Positions 25,872 to 32,000 of a DNA stretch of 32,000 nucleotides are shown here, piece by piece (position 1 is the stretch's first letter; each line of letters begins with the position of its first letter). The notes beneath the pieces are model-generated. The model was not told the DNA's origin. It did no database searches and saw nothing but the letters and a program-made list of their open reading frames with translations. This DNA comes from Candidatus Electrothrix yaqonensis (GTDB lineage: Bacteria > Desulfobacterota > Desulfobulbia > Desulfobulbales > Desulfobulbaceae). Location: NCBI GenBank assembly GCA_047651235.1, contig CP178758.1, forward strand, positions 3,090,001 to 3,122,000, written 5' to 3'. A program made the translations under genes and the position numbers.

Positions 25872-26435
25872 CTACCCCGCCTGTGCTCCATCTCCCTCCT
25901 GAGCAGCCTCGCAAAACCGCACTGCCGCAGCTTCACAACAGCGCAGCACATCCTGCCGGTAGCGGGGCCAGTCAAAGCCCCAAGGATCGGTCTTCCGGTC
26001 CGGCGCAACATCGCAATGGCCGTAGATATAGCGGATGGCATGACGGGACATGATATCCCTGGTCAGCAGGGCCAGTGCCTGATATTGTGCGTCCGTAAAA
26101 TCGGTATTTCCTGTCCCGATCAGCTCGATCCCGATGCTGAAGGCGTTTACCCCTTCCCGACCGTCCTCCGGCATCCTGCTGATCCCGGCATGCCATGCCT
26201 TTTTTTCCTCCGGCACGCTTCGCCACACCATTCCCGAAAGATCAATAAAGTAATGCGTTGAAACGCCGTATGTATCCAGGCAATCTCTACAGGATCGGGC
26301 GGCAAATTTATCTTTTGCCTCCGGATTGAACATGGAGTGAATGATCAGCGTGTCAATCGCCGTGCCTTCCGGTCGTTCTTCAAACTGGCCGGTCGGCAGG
26401 TCGCGGATCGGAAAACTTTTGCAGGACAGGGGCAT
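25872..26435 (-). CDS. ampD: N-acetylmuramoyl-L-alanine amidase, AmpD-like (amidase_2)
   Basis: 187 aa with IIHSM, AWHAGIS, SIGIELIG, and YIYGHCDVAPDRKTDPW (the zinc-binding His/Asp pattern of the AmpD/PGRP fold). No signal peptide. Confidence 0.82.
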   Translation of the reverse strand: MPLSCKSFPIRDLPTGQFEERPEGTAIDTLIIHSMFNPEAKDKFAARSCRDCLDTYGVSTHYFIDLSGMVWRSVPEEKKAWHAGISRMPEDGREGVNAFSIGIELIGTGNTDFTDAQYQALALLTRDIMSRHAIRYIYGHCDVAPDRKTDPWGFDWPRYRQDVLRCCEAAAVRFCEAAQEGDGAQAG

Positions 26436-26599
26436 GTTTTCTTCTCCTGAAATCTTGCGCCCCGAAATACCCGGACCGGATTGCCCCGCTCCAGATCATT
26501 ATGCATTCCCCATTGCTCCTGCCGGGATTTTTCGATCGAGGCGTTCCGCTGTTCCTGCAGTCGGGCAGGCAGGCGTACCAGAACCAACTTTTTGTTCAG

Positions 26600-26944
26600 C
26601 TATGCCGGGATAAGTTTGACGATTTTCTCCACAACGCCCACAAGTTTCACCACTGTTTCCATCGTGTCGGCGATCTTGTCCATTTTCTTGAAGGTTCCGT
26701 GCAGATCCTTATTCACCTCTTCCAGGGCTGCGGCATGCTGCCGGAACTCCGCAGTTTCGGCACTTATTCCCTCACGGACCAGTGTCCGCAGACTGGCATC
26801 CAGTTTGTCGCGGCAGGAATTCAGCTTTTTCCTTTCCGCTGAATCACGGTCGAACTTGGCGCGCTTCATATCCAGTTCAATAATCCAGTCACCTATGAGC
26901 TGAATCAGGTCAAGGTCTGTCTTTATCTTTATCTGCTCAGACAC
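26600..26944 (-). CDS. Hypothetical 114-aa helical protein
   Basis: The ORF lies 18 nt downstream of the lipoprotein gene on the same strand. It is heptad-rich and charged, and I recognise no family. Confidence 0.5.
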   Translation of the reverse strand: MSEQIKIKTDLDLIQLIGDWIIELDMKRAKFDRDSAERKKLNSCRDKLDASLRTLVREGISAETAEFRQHAAALEEVNKDLHGTFKKMDKIADTMETVVKLVGVVEKIVKLIPA

Positions 26945-26962
26945 GGCTAATTCTCCTTTTTT

Positions 26963-27871
26963 TTATTGCAGTTCTTTCATTGCACCGGCAATGATCTTTG
27001 CCTGATCAGCGAACTCGTTCATTACAGCAACAAGCTCTATCATATTTTTGGGATTCTTCGAGCCCTTAGCATACTTCACCAAGTTTTTATGCGCTTCAGC
27101 CATCTTTTCGAAACCCGGATCCGGGAAGGAAAGAAAGTCTTCCCAGGCGTCTTCTGCTTTCTTGATGCCAGTTGCTGCGCTTTTCAGTTTTTCCAGATCA
27201 TCCGGAGAGTCCTCCAGAATTTTGTTATATACGTCGGCTGCGGCTATGCGGGCACCATGCAGCCGTATGCGTTGCAGGGCCGGCAGTCTGACAACTATAT
27301 CATCTCTGAGCAGCTCGATTAAAGCTGACACATGTTTTTCAGATGCCCTGATAGCCTTGTCCAACGCCTTCTCAATCTTTTTCGCCATCACGAGTTTGCT
27401 CACCTCACCGGCGATTGTCGCAAAGGCCCCGGCTTTGCGTTTAAACTGATCCGAGGATGCCTTGTCAAGAGAATCTGTCAGCTTGAGCACGGCATCATCA
27501 AAGGAATTCACAGCAGCCCCGGTCCGTTCCGGCGCATCACTGTTTGCCAGCTCTATGAGCATCCTGCCGTGTTCGGTCAGGGCATCCAGGGCCGCCATAC
27601 GGGCCTGAAGATCTTCTTTTTTTATAACAATCAGATCCTCCTCACCGAGCACCTCAACGGTAATTTCCTCTCCCCGGTTGACACGCCGGTCAATTTCAGC
27701 ATTGCGGGCTTTTCTATTGACTGTATTGTATGCCGTTCTGGCGTTGTCAATAACGATAGTGGATGCCGTCTGGAAATCCGTCAGCGGTTTCTTATAGAGA
27801 ATAGGCGATGAACAGCCGGTCATAAGAAAAACGGTTGTCAACAGCACTATGATTTTTCTTCCCGATTTCAT
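26963..27871 (-). CDS. Hypothetical all-helical lipoprotein (302 aa)
   Basis: Lipobox LMTGC at residues 16-20 after a basic/hydrophobic signal. The rest is charged and helical. I recognise no family. Confidence 0.6.
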   Translation of the reverse strand: MKSGRKIIVLLTTVFLMTGCSSPILYKKPLTDFQTASTIVIDNARTAYNTVNRKARNAEIDRRVNRGEEITVEVLGEEDLIVIKKEDLQARMAALDALTEHGRMLIELANSDAPERTGAAVNSFDDAVLKLTDSLDKASSDQFKRKAGAFATIAGEVSKLVMAKKIEKALDKAIRASEKHVSALIELLRDDIVVRLPALQRIRLHGARIAAADVYNKILEDSPDDLEKLKSAATGIKKAEDAWEDFLSFPDPGFEKMAEAHKNLVKYAKGSKNPKNMIELVAVMNEFADQAKIIAGAMKELQ

Positions 27872-27934
27872 AAGTCTCCTCCTCTGCTTTCTGCAGATTA
27901 TTGAACGATAAAAAAGAACGGCGTATAAACATCA

Positions 27935-27963
27935 AAAATATCAGCCGCGCACGTTTTTGTCAA
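27935..27963 (-). promoter_or_regulatory. Sigma-70-type promoter candidate for the lipoprotein operon
   Basis: The minus strand reads TTGACA (plus 27958-27963), a 17-nt spacer, then TATTTT (plus 27935-27940). Confidence 0.4.
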
Positions 27964-28021
27964 ACCAGCCGTCTGCTGAATCCGTAACCTGCTGTAAAAA
28001 AGCTGAAGGTGACCTGCATCA

Positions 28022-28153
28022 ATGCGAATTAGGGGTTAAGACCTATGACGCAAAATCAGGAGGATAAAACTTCCAGATTCTGCAGAATCGGAACGGCTCT
28101 TCTGTAACTATCTGTTTTTGCTGAGACCGGATAATCCAACTCCTAATTCGCAT
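28022..28153. mobile_element. 132-bp MITE-like element with 16-bp imperfect terminal inverted repeats and a 5-bp target duplication
   Basis: Left TIR ATGCGAATTAGGGGTT (28022-28037) and right TIR AACTCCTAATTCGCAT (28138-28153), with one mismatch. They are flanked by the direct CATCA repeats 28017-28021 and 28154-28158. A further copy end is at 31975-31990. Confidence 0.75.
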
Positions 28154-28155
28154 CA

Positions 28156-28887
28156 TCAATGGAAGACCAGCAGACCGTAGCCCATGACAAAAATCATCGG
28201 CAGCAGGGAGGCAAAGGCGATCAGGCCGAAGCCGTCCAGCATGGGATTGCGGCCCCGGATAATTGAGGCCAGCCCCACGCCGAGAGCAGCCACCAGAGGC
28301 ACGGTGATGGTGGAAGTGGTCACGCCCCCGGCATCATAGGCCAGCCCGACAATCTCTTCCGGTGCGACAATGGTCATCAGCATGACCAGAACATAGCCGC
28401 CGATAATCAGATAATGGACCGGCCAGCCCCGCAGGATGCGCAGAACACCGATGAGAATGGCAAGCCCCACGGAAAAGGCTACTGAAAGACGCAGTCCGAG
28501 AGCGTACTGCTGCATGGCCTGTTCTCCCGCCTCAATCAGACCGGCCTGCGCCGCTATGTCTGCGGCCTCATCCGCCACTGCGATCAGAGCCGGTTCCGCC
28601 ACCGTGGTAGAAAATCCCAGAGCAAAGGCAAAAACCAGAAGCCAGAACAGGCTGCCCTTCTGCGCCAAGGCCTGGGCCAGAGTTTCGCCGATAGGAAACA
28701 GGCCCATTTCCAGCCCCTGAACAAACAGGGCCAGCCCGACAACCACCAACGCGGCTCCGAAAAGTACCCCGCCAAGATCAGGCAGGGGCTGACGCAGCAC
28801 GATCAGTTGGAAAAAACCGATCACCAGAATAATCGGCAGCAGGTCTGTCAATGCGGACCAGAGTTTTTTCAAAGCAGCCGGAAACAT
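28156..28887 (-). CDS. DUF1538-family membrane protein
   Basis: 243 aa with 6-7 TM segments and the DUF1538-like pattern ...[17 protein letters not shown]...[15 protein letters not shown].... The stop codon overlaps the MITE target duplication. Confidence 0.7.
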   Translation of the reverse strand: MFPAALKKLWSALTDLLPIILVIGFFQLIVLRQPLPDLGGVLFGAALVVVGLALFVQGLEMGLFPIGETLAQALAQKGSLFWLLVFAFALGFSTTVAEPALIAVADEAADIAAQAGLIEAGEQAMQQYALGLRLSVAFSVGLAILIGVLRILRGWPVHYLIIGGYVLVMLMTIVAPEEIVGLAYDAGGVTTSTITVPLVAALGVGLASIIRGRNPMLDGFGLIAFASLLPMIFVMGYGLLVFH

Positions 28888-29505
28888 TTATCTTCCCTGG
28901 AGTCAAAAAAAGAATGTAAGTGCAAAAGAAACTATATGCCTGATGCAGATAACGGTCTTGAATATATTCTGTAACTGGAATCCAGTGCCAGTATATCTCA
29001 TTGTCTTTGCCGGGCAATGCTTTTTTTGCCTGGTACAAAAAGAACCGCCATCAATCGTAATTTACCGCATCAGGCAGCTTGAAGTCCAAGTGCCTGCAAA
29101 AGAGCAAACTTTCCGGCATATTCCGCAGTGATTCTTCCGGTTTTTGCTTGACAAAACAGGAAAAAATGATATCTTTCATTGTTTAAAAACCGTACTCGGA
29201 TGCCGAGGTGAACCCTGATAGTTTCCTGTGCTTTTTTGTGGAGTTTTTTGTCTGTCGTCATTCGGAGTCAAAACGTATTCTCTTTCTGTTTCCGACAGGC
29301 GACAGCATTTGGTTCATTCGACATCCGGGATAACTTTTCTCTTGCCTTTGATACAGACTGCCTGCGCAGCTCCGCCGGACGCTGATCCTCCCGGCTGCGG
29401 CACCGGCCCGCTTCGCCCGGACAGCACAAAAACAAAGCAGCGGACAGCGCAGAGCATACGCGCCAGCCTGTCTGCTTTATCGGTTATTCAACTAAAAGGA
29501 GTACA

Positions 29506-30828
29506 ATGATTTATACAGAAAACCAGCAAGAAATCGCAGAACGGATTGATGCCGATGTCTCCAGTGCCATCTGGAAGGACTGGAAATGGCAGGTGAAACA
29601 CCGGATACGCTCTCTGCGGCAGCTGGAAGATTTTCTGAACATGGATCTTGGAGAAAAAAAGAGAAAGCAGATCCAACGCACTGTTGAAAAATTTCCCCTC
29701 TCCATTACCCCGTATTATCTCTCTCTGATCAATACGGAAAATATTGAACATGACCCTGTGTTCATGCAGGCGGTCCCGTCCATCCAGGAACTGGATATGT
29801 CGGATGAGGATATGGCCGACCCTCTGCATGAGGACGAGGACAGCCCGGTGCCGGGCCTCACCCACCGCTACCCGGACCGGGTGCTCTTTCTGGTCAGCAA
29901 TGTCTGCGCCATGTACTGCCGTCACTGCACCAGAAAGCGCAAGGTCGGTGACCGGGATAATATCCCGTCCAAAAAGGCTATTGAACAGGGACTGGAATAT
30001 ATCCGTAGTACGCCTGTTATCCGTGATGTCCTGCTGAGCGGCGGCGATCCCTTCCTGCTGCCGGATGAGTATCTGGATTATATCCTCACCGAGCTGGACA
30101 GAATAGAGCATGTGGAGGTGGTCAGGATCGGTACCCGGACGCCGGTTGTTCTGCCCTACCGGATTACGGATGCGCTGGTGGCCATGCTGAAAAAACACCA
30201 GCCCGTGTGGATCAACACTCATTTCAATCATCCCAGAGAACTGACTGAATCCGCCCGTGCTGCTCTGGCCAAACTGGCTGATGCAGGCATTCCGCTGGGC
30301 AATCAGTCCGTGCTTCTGTCCGGAGTGAACGACTGCCCCAGAATCATGCGGACCTTGGTGCATAAACTGGTGGCCAACCGGGTCCGGCCTTATTACCTCT
30401 ATCAATGCGATCTCTCGGAGGGCCTCAGCCATTTCCGCACCCCGGTGGGCAAGGGTATTGAGATCATCGAGAGCCTGATCGGCCATACCAGCGGTTTCAG
30501 TGTGCCGACCTATGTTATTGACGCGCCCGGCGGCGGCGGCAAAATCCCGATCATGCCCAACTACCTTATTTCCTGGTCCACCAATAAGGTGGTGCTGCGT
30601 AATTATGAAGGAGTCATCACCACCTACAAGGAACCGGATTCCTACGAACCTGTTTTCTGTGACCGCAAATGCGATCAGTGTGATCTCCAGCTTTGCCTGG
30701 AAGAGGCCACGGAATATCAGCCGGTAGGGATTAAAAAATTGCTGGCAGATTATAACGATGCCGTCTCCCTAATACCGACGGGCAATGAACGGATAGAAAA
30801 AAGGGATCATGCTGCCGAAGAAGGATAA
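29506..30828 (+). CDS. ablA: Lysine 2,3-aminomutase (KamA family radical SAM)
   Basis: 440 aa with the radical-SAM motif [34 protein letters not shown] and [10 protein letters not shown], plus the PLP-lysine region GGGGKIP. AAGGAG lies 6 nt before the ATG. Confidence 0.93.
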   Translation: MIYTENQQEIAERIDADVSSAIWKDWKWQVKHRIRSLRQLEDFLNMDLGEKKRKQIQRTVEKFPLSITPYYLSLINTENIEHDPVFMQAVPSIQELDMSDEDMADPLHEDEDSPVPGLTHRYPDRVLFLVSNVCAMYCRHCTRKRKVGDRDNIPSKKAIEQGLEYIRSTPVIRDVLLSGGDPFLLPDEYLDYILTELDRIEHVEVVRIGTRTPVVLPYRITDALVAMLKKHQPVWINTHFNHPRELTESARAALAKLADAGIPLGNQSVLLSGVNDCPRIMRTLVHKLVANRVRPYYLYQCDLSEGLSHFRTPVGKGIEIIESLIGHTSGFSVPTYVIDAPGGGGKIPIMPNYLISWSTNKVVLRNYEGVITTYKEPDSYEPVFCDRKCDQCDLQLCLEEATEYQPVGIKKLLADYNDAVSLIPTGNERIEKRDHAAEEG

Positions 30829-31699
30829 GGTCGAAGCGTATCAGGGCAGCATAATCCAGCACGGGCCGTATAATGACCGGATTTATCTTATGCGGCTCGC
30901 CGATCAAACTCCGGCAGATTTTCCGCAGCAGCTGATTGAGCTGGCAGGAGGCAAAGGCTACTCCAAAATCTTTGCCAAGGTGCCGGAAGATGCGTCTGCT
31001 GATTTTCTGCAGGCAGACTTTGTAAAAGAAGCAGAAATTCCTGGTTTCTTCTCCGGCCGAACGGGCGCTCTGTTCATGGCGTATTATCTGCAGAATGCCC
31101 GCAGGCAGGAAGATGATGTTGCAGCCCTGGAAAATATCCTGCATATTGCTGAAGACAAGCGGGGCACAGTAGTGTTGCCTCCTGATGCGCGGTTTATCCT
31201 CCGTCGATGCACCCGGAACGATGTTCCGGCAATGGCGGCAATCTATCAGCAGACCTTTGCCTCCTATCCCTTTCCCATCCACGAGGAAGACTATCTGCTG
31301 GAGACCATACAGAGCCATGTGGCCTATTTCGGCGCGGAAACGAACGGGGAACTGGTTGCTTTGGCCTCAGCGGAAATGGACAGGGAGGTTTCCAATGTGG
31401 AAATGACCGATTTTGCCACCCTGCCTGCTTATGCAGGCAATAACCTCGCCCTGCATCTTCTCCGTTGTATGGAAGAAGCAATGCAGGAACAGCAGCTCAG
31501 CACGGCCTATACCATTGCCCGGGCCGCATCCCCGGCCATGAATCTCACCTTTACCCGGGCCGGATACTATTTTGCCGGTCGATTAAAAAACAACACCAAT
31601 ATCTCCGGTAAGATTGAGAGCATGAATGTGTGGTATAAACCGCTCCGCCTCTCACCGAAAGAATCCGCCAGGCCAATCAGCAGAATAAAAGGGTGTTGA
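30809..31699 (+). CDS. ablB: Beta-lysine N6-acetyltransferase (GNAT)
   Basis: 296 aa, overlapping ablA by 20 nt. The N-terminal [13 protein letters not shown]...YSKIFAKVP and the C-terminal GNAT fold are characteristic of the AblB family partnered with AblA. Confidence 0.85.
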   Translation: MLPKKDKVEAYQGSIIQHGPYNDRIYLMRLADQTPADFPQQLIELAGGKGYSKIFAKVPEDASADFLQADFVKEAEIPGFFSGRTGALFMAYYLQNARRQEDDVAALENILHIAEDKRGTVVLPPDARFILRRCTRNDVPAMAAIYQQTFASYPFPIHEEDYLLETIQSHVAYFGAETNGELVALASAEMDREVSNVEMTDFATLPAYAGNNLALHLLRCMEEAMQEQQLSTAYTIARAASPAMNLTFTRAGYYFAGRLKNNTNISGKIESMNVWYKPLRLSPKESARPISRIKGC

Positions 31700-31824
31700 A
31701 AAGTAGTTTGTCCCGTAGCTGTAATGATGGCTTTTTTTTTTCGCTTTGAGACCTCCGAAGAACTTATTCCGACCTGCTTTCCGGGGTTAATCTATTGAGT
31801 TCAACCAATAAAGATTCCGTGCTC

Positions 31825-31941
31825 TTATCTGTCGCTGTATTTGCGATACAGCTGCTTGACTTCGTTTACAGACAGTCCGGTAATTTCGGCAATAACCTTT
31901 ATCTCCAGACCTGTACGTTTTCCGTCATAATCTTTTCCTTG
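31825..31941 (-). pseudogene. Possible C-terminal gene fragment (helix-turn-helix-like tail), unassigned
   Basis: A 38-codon open stretch without a start codon: QGKDYDGKRTGLEIKVIAEITGLSVNEVKQLYRKYSDR*. The ...IAEITGLS..E.. tail is reminiscent of Rpn/transposase-associated C-termini, but that is unverified. It is adjacent to the MITE-family end at 31975. Confidence 0.2.
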
Positions 31942-31970
31942 TCATGGAAGAGGATATCCAGCCTTGGAGT

Positions 31971-32000
31971 ATCAATGCGAATTAGGAGTTGAAAACCGAT
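31971..32000 (+). repeat. Left end of a second copy of the 28022-type element (runs off the window)
   Basis: ATCAATGCGAATTAGGAGTTGAAAACCGAT compared with ATCAATGCGAATTAGGGGTTAAGACCTATG at 28018. The similarity continues past the TIR. Confidence 0.6.

Noticed and set aside
25284-26261. A 325-aa plus-strand ORF.
   Set aside because: It reads through the IS end and the NB-ARC fragment, then runs antisense to the phosphoesterase N-terminus and to ampD. Only residues encoded by about 25323-25480 look like real (fragmentary) protein.
29488-30486. A 332-aa minus-strand ORF.
   Set aside because: It is antisense to ablA, whose KamA motifs are unambiguous. It has no recognisable motifs and is a shadow ORF.
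1-32000. I searched by eye for CRISPR arrays, rRNA, integrons, and intact toxin-antitoxin or defence operons.
   Set aside because: I saw no regularly spaced direct repeats, no rRNA-like segments, and no reverse transcriptase, nuclease-helicase or cyclase operons. The only defence-family signal is the ~160-bp NB-ARC fragment.

Overview
This is a 32-kb chromosomal window of roughly 50-55 % GC, judged by eye. The gene content (sigma-54-type pilin promoters, a COG1900 homocysteine-synthesis gene, ablAB, bactofilin, Acr3) suggests a Desulfobacterota-like anaerobe, but that is inference only.

Gene order, left to right:
- The tail of the dcw cluster (ftsQ'-ftsA-ftsZ), a B12-domain-type radical-SAM protein and a small 2x[4Fe-4S] ferredoxin.
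- acr3, sandwiched between two copies of the same promoter/leader. One copy precedes an intact 204-aa methyltransferase and the other precedes a collapsed remnant of that gene.
- panE and bioA (convergent), then a bactofilin plus M23-peptidase operon, then rpmB.
- A decayed pdxJ with an in-frame TAG and no N-terminal catalytic segment.
- Two paralogous prepilin genes with sigma-54 -24/-12 promoters, flanking a 690-aa TMTC/PMT-like GT-C membrane glycosyltransferase with a TPR tail, next to rfbB-rfbC. This is the locus I rate most interesting.
- tRNA-Pro(CGG), hup, and a LarE-family PP-loop sulfur transferase overlapping a COG1900/DUF39 gene.
- Three peptidoglycan-hydrolase genes: YcbK/MepK-like, an NlpC/P60 lipoprotein with an internal 98-aa tandem repeat and its own sigma-54 promoter, and an AmpD-like amidase.
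- A metallophosphoesterase gene split by a DDE-less ISAs1-family remnant plus an NB-ARC gene fragment.
- Two unknown helical proteins, a 132-bp MITE with a 5-bp target duplication, a DUF1538 membrane protein, and the ablA-ablB (N-epsilon-acetyl-beta-lysine) operon.

I found no CRISPR array, no rRNA and no intact recognisable defence system. All homology calls are from reading the translations, with no database search.
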